A DNA stretch of 64,000 bases, taken from contig JBAZKJ010000002.1 in the NCBI GenBank assembly GCA_041650855.1, positions 550,044 through 614,043 of the forward strand, given 5' to 3'. Origin of the DNA: Candidatus Margulisiibacteriota bacterium (GTDB lineage Bacteria > Margulisbacteria > WOR-1 > O2-12-FULL-45-9 > XYB2-FULL-48-7). This document shows, piece after piece, positions 47,852-57,277 of this stretch. The stretch's first letter is position 1. Every line of letters starts with the position of its first letter. The notes below the pieces were generated by a model. The model saw only the letters and a list, made by a program, of their open reading frames with translations. It did no database searches and was not told the DNA's origin. Position numbers and translations under genes: made by a program.

Positions 47852-48888
47852 TACACTTTCACCTCCCGGAGGTACTTGGCGGCTTCTTCCGGCGCGGTCG
47901 GGTTGATGTAAAGCCCGGAGCCCCATTCGAAGCCCGCCTGTTTGGTCAGGCGCGGGATGATCTCGATGTGCCAGTGAAAATCGTACTGAATCGTTCCCCA
48001 ATAATCCGGTTTTCCCGGGCGGGGGACGGAATTGGGCGCGGTGTGCAGGACGTAATTATACGGCGGGTCGTTCAGCGTTTTCCGCAGGCGGGAGAGAACG
48101 TCCTTTAAGCAGCGGGCCAACTGCGCCCTTTCCTCGTCGGGCATCAGCTGGAAACCGTGCTCGTGCCGGCGCGGCATCAGCCAGAGCTCGAAAGGAAAGC
48201 GCGACGCGAACGGGGCAAAACAGACGAAATACTCGTTCTCGTAGACCAGGCGCTCGCCCGAACCGAGCTCCTGTCGGATCATGTCGCAGAAAATGCAGCG
48301 CTCCTTTTCCTGGAAATAATTTCGGGAGTTGGAAAGCTCCATCTTGATGTAACGCGGCGTGATCGGCGTGGCGATCAACTGGGAATGCGGATGCGCCAGC
48401 GACGCCCCGGCGGCGGTCCCGTAGTTCTTGAAGACCAGGATGTAGCGGAAACGCTTGTCCTTTTCCAGATCGGTGATCCGCTGCTTGTAAGCCCAGAGGA
48501 TCCTTTCCACGTGCTCGTCCGGCAGGTCGGGGATATTCATGTTGTGTTTGGGCGTTTCGACGATCACTTCGTGGGCGCCGATCCCGCTCATCATGTCGTA
48601 GATCCCCATGCCGGTCCGGTTCACGTCGCCTTCGATGATCAACGCGGGGAATTTGTTGGGGATGACGCGGACGTCCCAGCCGGCGGTATTGGGCAGAGTG
48701 GACGCTTTACGCCAGGCAATGATCTCGGCCGGGGTCTTGGGCTCGTTCCCTTCGCAAAACGGGCAAAACTTGGTCTCGGCTTGTTCGGCCCCGACGGAAG
48801 AGCCGCCGAAGTCGGTCGGGCGCCTCCCCCGTTCGGTCGAAACTACCACCCACCGGTCGGAGATCGGATCCTTGCGCAGTTCAGGCAT
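47851..48888 (-). CDS. Galactose-1-phosphate uridylyltransferase family (HIT superfamily) nucleotidyltransferase
   Basis: FCPFCEGNE zinc motif and HPHSQ active-site HxHxQ. 345 aa. Confidence 0.75.
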   Translation of the reverse strand: MPELRKDPISDRWVVVSTERGRRPTDFGGSSVGAEQAETKFCPFCEGNEPKTPAEIIAWRKASTLPNTAGWDVRVIPNKFPALIIEGDVNRTGMGIYDMMSGIGAHEVIVETPKHNMNIPDLPDEHVERILWAYKQRITDLEKDKRFRYILVFKNYGTAAGASLAHPHSQLIATPITPRYIKMELSNSRNYFQEKERCIFCDMIRQELGSGERLVYENEYFVCFAPFASRFPFELWLMPRRHEHGFQLMPDEERAQLARCLKDVLSRLRKTLNDPPYNYVLHTAPNSVPRPGKPDYWGTIQYDFHWHIEIIPRLTKQAGFEWGSGLYINPTAPEEAAKYLREVKV

Positions 48889-48899
48889 TAATATTCCTC

Positions 48900-51050
48900 C
48901 TAATCTTCAATGCGTAAGACTATCTTGACCTGCCATTTGGCGTTCGGTTCCAGCGAAAACCGCCAGTTCGGGAAGACAACGGAGCTCTGATATGTCCTTT
49001 CAAAACCGGACTCGGACTGAGACACGGTTTCTATGGGAAAACGCCAAAAAGTAGCCGGCCTATCCATTTCCAATAATACACTAAAGCCTTTCCACTTGTC
49101 AACGATTTTTACACACTTAACCGACTCGACCGCCCCCTTGCTGGCCATCGTTCTGTCGTCGATATCCGCCGAATCGAGCTCGTAATAACGGTCGTCCGAA
49201 CGGCCCGCCAGCAGGGAGAAATTGAATTCCGGGCCGAACCAGGCGTCCAGCTTTTCCCGGCCCAGGTTCGTCACTTCATAATTGATCGTGACGATGGACT
49301 GCCGGGCATAGAGCATGATCTCCTTTTCGACCTTGACCGGCGTCTGGCCCACCCGGCCGGTCCGGCGCAAGACCAGGGAGGTCTCGCTGCCGCGCCGCTT
49401 GGGCATGTATTCGTAAGGGGCGATCGTAAAATCGCCGACCTCCTGGTATTTCGCCCGGCTGAACGACTCCAGGTCGGTCCCGGCCGCCAGGAAATGATCG
49501 AGCAGCGAAATGCGCCGGTGCCAGTCGTAATCGAGCGCCTTTTCCAGCCCCTCTTCCTTGGACTTGACGATGTCGTGGATCGAAGCGACCCCGTGGCCGC
49601 CGCCCCCCGCGGCGTGCTTGAGCTTTTCGTGATAGACCTCTTCGCGCCGGGCCAGCGTGTTGATCAGGTTGAACGCTTTCGGTTTGTAGTCGAGCTCAAA
49701 AAGCGCCCCGCCGTAACCGGGCGCAAAATAAAGATTGACCAGGCTGTTCGATAAAATGACCTCGTCCTGCCCGTCCTTGTCAAAATCGGTCACGGCGATC
49801 TCGGCGTAATCGTCTTTAGCCCGGGCGTACTGGTCCATCAGGACTTCCGCCTTGATCAGGTGTTCGTAGACCGCGTGGCGCAGGTAATTGAGGTAAAGGC
49901 CGCCAAAGACCCCGTGCCAGTAGGCGCAGTTGCACTGCCCCTGATAGAGCTCTTCCTTCGCCTGCTGCAGGCGGGCATCCCGCTCCTGCTCGCCGAACAG
50001 CGATTTCCCTTTTTTCAGGGTTTGCAGCTTCTGGCTGACCTGGAGCATCTTCTTGTGCATATTGTTCGCTTCCGGATATTTCACGAAGAAGTTGCGGAAA
50101 AAGCCCCCCTTGAAGAACTGGCTGTACTCCTCGAACTTCCCCTGGTGCTTCAGCTCGCCGATGATCCGCTCCAGCTTTTTGCCCGATTCGGTCGGCAGCG
50201 ACCATTCCATCATTTCGAAATATGAAGCGGTCGGCAGATAGACCCGGCCGCGCGGCGGCACGCTTTCCAGATATTCGGCAAAGGTCATTGATTCGATCCA
50301 CTCGGAGTTGTCTTCCAGCATGGTCAGCAGCCGTTCGAGATAACCTTCTTCGAACACCCACTTGTGGGTCCCCGGCCAGACCCCGAACTTTTCGCCGTCA
50401 TCGGCCAGGATCGCCGCGTTGTCCCCCGCTTCCGTCGCGATGCTGTGCAGGTATTTGATCGTCTCCTCCGGCAGCTTGAACGGGATCAGGTAGCGGAGCT
50501 GCTTGCTGATCGGGAAGATCTTGAGCTGCGCCCCTTCTTCCTCGGTCACGTAATAGCCGAGCAGCTTGTCCGGCGAGATGCCGGCCGAGATAAAATGCTG
50601 GTCGTCGACGGTGACGTATTCGATCCCGGTCTGGGCCAGGACCTTGGGGAGGTGCGGCTCCCAGATCCGTTCCGTCAGCCAGAGGCCGCGCGGCGCCAGG
50701 CCGAACTTTTCCTTGATAAAACCGTTCGCCATGTTGATCTGCCCCAGCTTGTCGTCGTCGGGGATGATCGGGATGATCGGCTCGTAATAGCCGGCGGTCA
50801 TGATCTCCGCCTGGCCGCGCTTGACCAGCTTTTTTAAATAGTCGATGAATTCGGGATGCTTGGCGAGGAACCAGTCGTACAGGATGCCGCTGTAGTGGAC
50901 GGCGAACTTGATCCGCGGGTGCGCGTCCATGACCTGGATGAACGGCAGATACGACTTCTCATAAGCTTCGTCCAGCACGTGCTCAAAGTTCCCGACCGGC
51001 TGGTGGCAATGGATCCCGAACAAAAATTTAACTTTTTTCATACGTACCAC
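48900..51050 (-). CDS. GH57 family glycoside hydrolase (716 aa, amylase/4-alpha-glucanotransferase-like)
   Basis: N-terminus FLFGIHCHQPVGNF GH57 signature. Large C-terminal extension. Confidence 0.7.
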   Translation of the reverse strand: MVRMKKVKFLFGIHCHQPVGNFEHVLDEAYEKSYLPFIQVMDAHPRIKFAVHYSGILYDWFLAKHPEFIDYLKKLVKRGQAEIMTAGYYEPIIPIIPDDDKLGQINMANGFIKEKFGLAPRGLWLTERIWEPHLPKVLAQTGIEYVTVDDQHFISAGISPDKLLGYYVTEEEGAQLKIFPISKQLRYLIPFKLPEETIKYLHSIATEAGDNAAILADDGEKFGVWPGTHKWVFEEGYLERLLTMLEDNSEWIESMTFAEYLESVPPRGRVYLPTASYFEMMEWSLPTESGKKLERIIGELKHQGKFEEYSQFFKGGFFRNFFVKYPEANNMHKKMLQVSQKLQTLKKGKSLFGEQERDARLQQAKEELYQGQCNCAYWHGVFGGLYLNYLRHAVYEHLIKAEVLMDQYARAKDDYAEIAVTDFDKDGQDEVILSNSLVNLYFAPGYGGALFELDYKPKAFNLINTLARREEVYHEKLKHAAGGGGHGVASIHDIVKSKEEGLEKALDYDWHRRISLLDHFLAAGTDLESFSRAKYQEVGDFTIAPYEYMPKRRGSETSLVLRRTGRVGQTPVKVEKEIMLYARQSIVTINYEVTNLGREKLDAWFGPEFNFSLLAGRSDDRYYELDSADIDDRTMASKGAVESVKCVKIVDKWKGFSVLLEMDRPATFWRFPIETVSQSESGFERTYQSSVVFPNWRFSLEPNAKWQVKIVLRIED

Positions 51051-53215
51051 TGCTCCTCCCGGTATGTTTCGGTCGGCACCGCGACCGTGATCCCGCCGCC
51101 CCGCGGCCAGCGTTCGATCTCCTGCCCTTCTTTATAGACCACGACCACGAACTCGATCTTCTGGCCCGGCTTCGCCTCCAGGTCGGCGAACGGGATACCC
51201 AGTTCAATGATCCGGCCGACGCCGAAGCTGGTCAGCTCCTTGGCCAGCTCGTACTCGTGGCCGTCCACCGGCCGGAGCAGCCGCCAGTCGTAGCGGCGGT
51301 TCTCCGCGTCGTAAACCAGCTCGGCCTTGCGCTCCACCGGCGCCGTGGCCAGAACGGCAAAAGAGAATTTCCGCATTTCGTCGATCGGCAGGACAAAGTT
51401 GACGTCCAGCCGGACGAACAGCGTGTTCATGCTGAAGCCCCAGTAGATCCCTTTGAGCAGGGTCTCGATCTGGTGCATCGCCCCCTTGGCCTTGTTGATG
51501 TCAAAATGCCCGGCCGGCAGCCACTCGTAATAATTGGTGATCTCGCCGTCGAGCACCGGCTGGACGAGGTAAACCGGCTCCTTGATCGGCCGGATCGCGC
51601 TGATCTGCTTGATCGGCGCATCCAGATATTTCGGCGGCTTGCGGCCGATCAGGGTGTAGACGTTCTTCAGATGCTTGCGGAACAGGGCGTCAAAGACGGC
51701 GTCGTTCTCCGACGAATGGTCGTCGCCGTACCACCAGCACCAATCGGAGCCTTCCGCGATATAAAGTTCCTGCCAGGCCGTCTGGTTATCGCTGCCGTCG
51801 AGCGCCAGCCGCGCCATGTTCAGGTATTCCCAGGCCTGGTTATCCTCGTCGTGGCCAATCCAGATCTTGAAGTTGTTGTTGATCCACGAGCCGGCGAACA
51901 GCTTATGGAGCTTCCGCTCCGGCGGGTTCTCCCGCAAATGGTCGGAAACGCGGACGGTCTTAACTTGCGGGTCGCCGGCCAAGCGCCCGTAAAAAGCTTC
52001 CAGGAACTCCTTGCCGCCGCCCGGATAGAATTCCCAGGCGTTCTCGCCGTCCAAGATAACCGACGTCAGGTAGCGCCGGCCGTCTTCCGGCAGGCTGATG
52101 CGGATATTGTTCAGGTGCGAAGTAAAATCGGTCAGCGAGTCCTGGATCTTCCAGCGGTAATAGACGAAGCCGATCTGGTCGGAGATAAAATGGTTGCGGA
52201 AGATCATGGCGACCGAGGCGCCGTCGTGCTCGATCAGGTACGGCTGGTACATTTCCGCCGCGGCCAGCGTCCGCTGCCGCATTTCGACCTTGTTCAGGGT
52301 CCGCTCCAGGATCGCTTCGTCCGTCGCCAGCCACTTGATCCCCGCCTTGGCGACCAGCGGGATCATCTGCTCGGAGACCGACCCTTCGGACGGCCACATC
52401 CCCTCCGGCCGGCAGCCGAAGCGCTGCTCGTGGAACTCCACGGCCATCCGAATCTGCGCCTCCGCGTCCTCCGGATGCTGGAAAGCCGACTCGGGCAGCT
52501 TGATGTACGGCAGCGCCTCGCGGGCGACGTTGGTATCGCAGATCAGCGGCAGGATCGGATGGTAGAACGGCGTGGTCGTCAGCTCGATCTGGCCGCGCTC
52601 GCTCAGTTCCCGGTATTTGGGGATGACCTTCCCCATCACTTCCAGTTGTTTGGCGATAACGGTCCGCTTGTCCTCCGCGGAAAAATATTTCCCTTTTTCG
52701 ATCAGGCCTTTGACGACCGGGTCCTCGTTGCGGGAAATGAAGCCGAACCAGGTCAGGTTGAACCAGACTTGCAGGTCGGTCAGCTCCTGCGGCGAGAACC
52801 GGGCGGCCACCTTGGCCAGTTCCTGGTGGGAGATGAACCGCCCCCTTTTCAGCAGCAGGTCGTGGTACCGCTGGTAGGGATGGATCATGATGTCCCAGTT
52901 GGCCATGAAGAAGTTTTGCAGGATGAAGATCCGGTCGTCGAGCGACAGGTCGCACGGGTCGCGCAGCGTCAGGTCGAGGAACCGGTCGCTGACCTTGTTG
53001 TTCACGTAGTCCTCGACCTGCAGGAGGAGCGACGGGACCAGGTTGAAATTCGCCTTGACCTCGGGAAACCGGTCGAGGATCGCCACCATGTCGTAATAAT
53101 CTTTGACGGCGTGGAGGCGCACCCAGGGGAGGACGTATTCCCCCGTCACCAGGTCCTTGTAAAAAGGCTGGTGCATGTGCCAAATGAGCGCAAGTGAAAC
53201 GGGTTGGCTGCTCAT
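51038..53215 (-). CDS. GH57 family glycoside hydrolase (725 aa)
   Basis: LALIWHMHQPFYKD GH57 N-terminal signature. Third GH57 paralog. Confidence 0.7.
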   Translation of the reverse strand: MSSQPVSLALIWHMHQPFYKDLVTGEYVLPWVRLHAVKDYYDMVAILDRFPEVKANFNLVPSLLLQVEDYVNNKVSDRFLDLTLRDPCDLSLDDRIFILQNFFMANWDIMIHPYQRYHDLLLKRGRFISHQELAKVAARFSPQELTDLQVWFNLTWFGFISRNEDPVVKGLIEKGKYFSAEDKRTVIAKQLEVMGKVIPKYRELSERGQIELTTTPFYHPILPLICDTNVAREALPYIKLPESAFQHPEDAEAQIRMAVEFHEQRFGCRPEGMWPSEGSVSEQMIPLVAKAGIKWLATDEAILERTLNKVEMRQRTLAAAEMYQPYLIEHDGASVAMIFRNHFISDQIGFVYYRWKIQDSLTDFTSHLNNIRISLPEDGRRYLTSVILDGENAWEFYPGGGKEFLEAFYGRLAGDPQVKTVRVSDHLRENPPERKLHKLFAGSWINNNFKIWIGHDEDNQAWEYLNMARLALDGSDNQTAWQELYIAEGSDWCWWYGDDHSSENDAVFDALFRKHLKNVYTLIGRKPPKYLDAPIKQISAIRPIKEPVYLVQPVLDGEITNYYEWLPAGHFDINKAKGAMHQIETLLKGIYWGFSMNTLFVRLDVNFVLPIDEMRKFSFAVLATAPVERKAELVYDAENRRYDWRLLRPVDGHEYELAKELTSFGVGRIIELGIPFADLEAKPGQKIEFVVVVYKEGQEIERWPRGGGITVAVPTETYREEQWYV

Positions 53216-53338
53216 TTATCTTTTGTCTTGCATGGAGATCCCCTTGGTGATCACCCACATGGCGAACAGGAGCGCGATGATGGTGATAAAGACGATCGTC
53301 CCGCAAATGATCAAAGTGATCAGGATCGCGGTATTCAA
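53216..53338 (-). CDS. Possible 40-aa single-TM peptide (TTG start)
   Basis: GGGAGGTG SD about 9 nt upstream of TTG. Encodes MNTAILITLIICGTIVFITIIALLFAMWVITKGISMQDKR. The longer 67-aa ATG form overlaps thyX by 60 nt. Confidence 0.25.
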   Translation of the reverse strand: MNTAILITLIICGTIVFITIIALLFAMWVITKGISMQDKR

Positions 53339-53357
53339 CTTAGTTGTCACCTCCCTT

Positions 53358-54765
53358 TTATTCTTGCGGCGGCAGGACCTTGGGCGGCTTACCGTAAACC
53401 TGTTGGTAAAGCCCGGCATAACTGTCTTTGCCGCCGTTCAGCAGCATGGTCAACGGCATCACTTCCCCGGCTAACTTGCTCATTTTCGCCGACAGATCGC
53501 GGATATCCCACTGGGCGTGGACGTCTTCGCGCAGCCTGGCCAGGTGGTAAAGTTCGCGGGCGTTGAGCGTCATCAAGACCCTTTTGCGGTGGGCACCGGT
53601 CAAAAGATATTGCGCCGCCAGCGGATCGTTTTGGCCGACCTCGGCGAACAGGCGATCGGTCTCGGCCATGATCTCCCGGAATCGCCCCTCGGCTTTCGTC
53701 CCTTTGAGCTTGGGCGGCAGCGTCACGCCGAGCGCCGGGTCGTACGGCTGCGCGGTGATCGTCGCCGGCCGGTGCCTTTTTAATTGCGCGAAGCAGCTGC
53801 TCGACATGATCAGGTCGTAGGTCAGATAAACGTGTTCGTACTCGCGGTGGACCGCGTCGTAGAACGCCAGATACTGGTTGGCTTTCTTGATCAGGGCCAG
53901 GCGGGCCGGCCGCTTCATTTGTTTGGCCATCCGCCGGCAATTCTGGAACGAAACGCCGGTCGAAGTGTGCAGCAGGCTGGCAAGCAGTTTCAGATCGGCC
54001 TGGTCGGTATGGTCGACCAGCACGACCGGCTGCGCCGCTTTTCTTTTGCGTTCCCACTGGCCTTGGACCGCCGCGCGCAAGGCCGGATAACTCTTCTGGT
54101 CGTAATCGTTGGCCGCCGTGAACAGGACGATCGACGGGGCGATCCGCGCGGCCAGTTCGTACATCTTTTGTCCGAGCACGTTGACCTCGGCCAGCGGATG
54201 GGAGGCGAAACGCCGGACCAGCAGTTCCAGGTTGCGGGCGTTGAGCGTCATCCCGACCTGGCCGGTGGTCGCCAGGGAGGTCACATAACGGGCGTCTTCC
54301 GGCTCGACCCCCTCTTTGACCATGGCCGCGTAAGCGGCGTTCTGCCGTTCGATCAGCTCCGTGAAGCGGGTTGCGTATTGCGTATCGCGTATCTCGTCCG
54401 GGACAACGTATTCCCCTTCCAGCTTCTGGTAGCGCTGCGATTTTTCCGTGTAGGAGCAGAGCCGGAACTTCTCCAGCTCCTCCATGGCCAACCGGGAGAC
54501 GCCGATCAGGTCAAAATTGAAAACGGCGTGTTCCGCGACCGAGTGGTGCCCCATCTTGAAGATGATGCTGGCGTTGGAGCGGCGCGCTTTCTCCACTTCC
54601 TGGCGGGCGACTTTCCTTAGTTCGTCGATCGGCCGGGGGTCGCGGGAGATGCGGGCGTAAGCGGCGGAGAGCGTTTCCGGCGTGACATCCTGGCGGTTCT
54701 GGCCCGCCGTTAATTCCGAGATAACTTCCGCGTCAAGATTATAGCCCGCGAGTAAGACTTTCACG
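53358..54765 (-). CDS. thyX: FAD-dependent thymidylate synthase ThyX, tandem two-domain form
   Basis: GTG start just after the ccdA stop. The ATG-extended 607-aa ORF overlaps ccdA by about 400 nt in a Gly/Arg-rich junk frame. First half GHHSVAEHAVFNFDLIGVSR (ThyX His/folding motif). Second half contains RHR (LKRHRPA). Confidence 0.65.
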
Positions 54766-54772
54766 GGGTTTA

Positions 54773-55429
54773 TTATAACATGAAGAGAAAATAAATTCCT
54801 GCCAGGATAAAGACGAAACCCGCCCCTTTTTGCAGGAGCGCGGAAATCTTTTGGAAGCGGGCCGAACCGAGCAGCGCCGCGGCCGCGCCGGCCGAGACCC
54901 CGACCGCGAAGATCGTCGCCATGTACGCCAGCGCGTAAACGAATAAAAGGGAAACGCCGTAGGCCAAATTCCTGGTCGCCGCGACGTACGCCAGGACCAG
55001 CGCCAGGACCGGCGTCGCGCAGGGGGAAGAAGCAAGCCCAAAAAGCAGCCCGAGAAAGAGCGCGCCGAATAAGCCCTTTTGCTTGATCCGGCTGACCCCG
55101 GTGGTCGGTAAATTGAGCTGGACCAGTCCCAGCAGGTTCAGGCCGACCAGGACGGCGGCCGCGGCCAGCAGATAGCGCCAATAGCCGCCGACGTCGCCGA
55201 GCAAGCTGCCGGTCAGCGCGGCGAGCGCGCCAAGTATGGTAAAAGTGATCGCCAAGCCGAGCGAAAAGAGGAGCGCATAAAGCGCCGACCGGCGGATATC
55301 GCCCGCGGCGTAACCGCCGACGTAACTGATGATCAGGGGAAAGATGATCAGCGTGCAGGGACTGGCCGAAGCGACCAGTCCGGCCAGGAAGACCGCCAGG
55401 TAAGCGAACAAAGGGTTAGAAAAGTCCAA
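54773..55429 (-). CDS. ccdA: Cytochrome c-type biogenesis / thiol-disulfide transporter CcdA (DsbD family)
   Basis: Two conserved Cys in TM regions (ASASPCTLIIFP and LASSPCATP). 218 aa, 6-TM. Confidence 0.8.
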   Translation of the reverse strand: MDFSNPLFAYLAVFLAGLVASASPCTLIIFPLIISYVGGYAAGDIRRSALYALLFSLGLAITFTILGALAALTGSLLGDVGGYWRYLLAAAAVLVGLNLLGLVQLNLPTTGVSRIKQKGLFGALFLGLLFGLASSPCATPVLALVLAYVAATRNLAYGVSLLFVYALAYMATIFAVGVSAGAAAALLGSARFQKISALLQKGAGFVFILAGIYFLFML

Positions 55430-55808
55430 GTTCTTTCAGCTTCGCCTTGAGCTGTCCCTTGTCTTGGAACCCGGTCACCGTCGCTTGCGCTTGCCCGTTC
55501 CGGTCAAAGAAGATCGCGGTCGGGATCAATCTGACTTTGTACCGGCGAGCCAGGTCGCGGTGTTCTTCGATGTCAACATCCAGCACGTTAACTTTTCCCT
55601 TTAGTTCCCCCGCCAGCTCCTTCAGCTCCGGCTTCATCGCCCGGCACGGCGCGCACCAGTCCGCTCCCAGCTTGACGATCGATGGCAAACCGTTCTGCGG
55701 CAAGGCGAATTGCCCGGCAGACCGTGGGGCGGCGGCTTTCTCGCCCATGGCCAGCGCCGGTCCGACCAGGCCGAGCACTATCAGGCCGACGATCAGGCTA
55801 TGACGCAT
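55416..55808 (-). CDS. Periplasmic thioredoxin-family protein (TlpA/ResA-like)
   Basis: Signal peptide. WCAPC active site. Confidence 0.75.
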   Translation of the reverse strand: MRHSLIVGLIVLGLVGPALAMGEKAAAPRSAGQFALPQNGLPSIVKLGADWCAPCRAMKPELKELAGELKGKVNVLDVDIEEHRDLARRYKVRLIPTAIFFDRNGQAQATVTGFQDKGQLKAKLKELGLF

Positions 55809-56115
55809 ACTTTTTAACTTCGGCCTCGAACGCCGGCTCCGGCCGGAAACCGACCAGCCGGTGCACTTCTTTGCCGTCCTTAAAAATGATGATGCAGGGG
55901 ATACCGGAAACGCCGTACTCGCCCGCCTTGGCCATATTCTCGGTCGTGCTGACCTTGCAAAACTTGATCTGCGGGTATTTTTGCGCCATTTTCTCGAAGA
56001 CCGGGGCCATCATCCGGCACGGACCGCACCAATCCGCCCAAAAATCGACGAACACCACCCCTTTGGCCTGCTCAACTTCGGCCGGGAACTCGGCATCGGA
56101 GATCGCTTTTAACAT
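55798..56115 (-). CDS. trxA: Thioredoxin
   Basis: WCGPC active site. 105 aa. Confidence 0.85.
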   Translation of the reverse strand: MLKAISDAEFPAEVEQAKGVVFVDFWADWCGPCRMMAPVFEKMAQKYPQIKFCKVSTTENMAKAGEYGVSGIPCIIIFKDGKEVHRLVGFRPEPAFEAEVKKYAS

Positions 56116-56156
56116 TTTCTGCCCCCTTCCCTTTCCTTTGTATTATACTTAATAAA

Positions 56157-56708
56157 ATGCGCTACGTCATCTTCAACAAACCGTACGGCGTCCTCTGCCA
56201 GTTCACCGACCAGCTCGGCCGCCGAACCTTAAAAGATTTTATTCCCCTGCCCGGCATTTACGCGGTTGGCCGGCTTGACCATGATAGTGAAGGCTTGCTC
56301 TTTCTGACCGACGACGGACCTTTGAACCATCGCTTGGCCGACCCGAAGCATAAACAGCCGAAAACTTACTGGGCGCAGGTTGAAGGGACGCCGACGGAAG
56401 AGCAGCGGAAAAAATTGGAAAACGGGGTGACGATCGGCGGACGCCGGACCAGGCCGGCCAAGGTCCGGCTGATCGCCGAACCGTCCGGGCTCTGGCCGCG
56501 GAGCAAACCGGTCCGTTTCCGGAAAACGGTGCCGACGGCTTGGCTGGAGATCGTGATCAGCGAGGGAATGAACCGTCAGGTGCGGAAAATGACCGCGGCG
56601 GTCGGTTTACCGTGTTTACGGCTGATCAGGACCGCCATCGGTCCGATCGGTTTGGGCGCGCTGCCGCCCGGCGAATACGCCGAGATCGCGGAGCCGGTTA
56701 TTCGCTAA
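56157..56708 (+). CDS. rluE: rRNA pseudouridine synthase (RsuA/RluE family, no S4 domain)
   Basis: GRLDHDSEGLLFLTDDG catalytic-Asp motif. 183 aa. Confidence 0.75.
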   Translation: MRYVIFNKPYGVLCQFTDQLGRRTLKDFIPLPGIYAVGRLDHDSEGLLFLTDDGPLNHRLADPKHKQPKTYWAQVEGTPTEEQRKKLENGVTIGGRRTRPAKVRLIAEPSGLWPRSKPVRFRKTVPTAWLEIVISEGMNRQVRKMTAAVGLPCLRLIRTAIGPIGLGALPPGEYAEIAEPVIR

Positions 56709-57195
56709 GCCAGGACGGCGGGCCTTCTTCGCCTTCCGCGTCCGATGATTCAACGACCGGTTTGGCCTTGGCGGTCACCGTCTTGCTTTTCGCTGCCCGC
56801 CGCCAGTTGGTCTTGGGGCGAATAGTCTGGGCCCTGACCTCGATGACCTTCGGCTCTTCTTTTTTCGCCAGGAGAGCCTTGACCTCGGCGTCCTGTTTAG
56901 CCTTTAGCTGCTGGATCTCTTCGGCCTGCTTGTTCTTCAGGCTGGAGATCTCTTCCTCAAACTGAACCTTTTCCTGTTCCGCCCGCAACTGGTCTTCGGC
57001 CCGGGGGATCGCAACCCATTTCCCTTCTTCATAGACCCAGGAATTGCCGGACTCTTTATCGAGCATGATCGTCCGTTTCGCTCCCATCCCTAAGAAGCCG
57101 GTCCGTTCGGTGTAGATCTGGTATTTAACCCCTTCAGCAACGACCAACGAAGTAAAAAGAAGCAGCAAACAAGCGGCCAAGACTACCTTTTTCAT
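56698..57195 (-). CDS. Secreted coiled-coil protein (hypothetical)
   Basis: Start at second ATG of MFMKKVV (GAGGAGGG SD). Signal peptide then Lys/Glu/Gln-rich coiled coil. The upstream extended ORF (to 57429) is Arg-rich junk. Confidence 0.5.
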   Translation of the reverse strand: MKKVVLAACLLLLFTSLVVAEGVKYQIYTERTGFLGMGAKRTIMLDKESGNSWVYEEGKWVAIPRAEDQLRAEQEKVQFEEEISSLKNKQAEEIQQLKAKQDAEVKALLAKKEEPKVIEVRAQTIRPKTNWRRAAKSKTVTAKAKPVVESSDAEGEEGPPSWLSE

Positions 57196-57277
57196 GAACA
57201 TCCCTCCTCGTTGAGATCGGAGGTCAATCTGGTTAATCTCTGTTGAATATTGTAGCACAATAAAATGGGCAAAGCAA

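Noticed and set aside
47582-48001. 139-aa form of the CBM48 ORF
   Set aside because: The upstream 50 codons overlap the GalT-like gene. A start at MARKKK with a GGGAGGTG SD and TAATG stop/start coupling is better supported.
51960-53306. 448-aa minus-strand ORF overlapping the 725-aa GH57 gene in another frame (also 16724..16993, 17062..17544, 22874..23443, 4665..5183 and similar)
   Set aside because: These are same-strand alternate frames inside real genes, with low-complexity R/G/P-rich translations.
53216-53419. 67-aa ATG-initiated version of the small ORF
   Set aside because: The first 20 codons overlap the thyX 3' end. An SD-preceded TTG at 53338 gives a cleaner 40-aa TM peptide, though even that is low confidence.
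53358-55181. 607-aa ATG-initiated ThyX ORF
   Set aside because: The N-terminal 138 aa overlap ccdA in a Gly/Arg-rich frame. The ThyX homology begins at VKVLLAGY, so a GTG start at 54765 was preferred.
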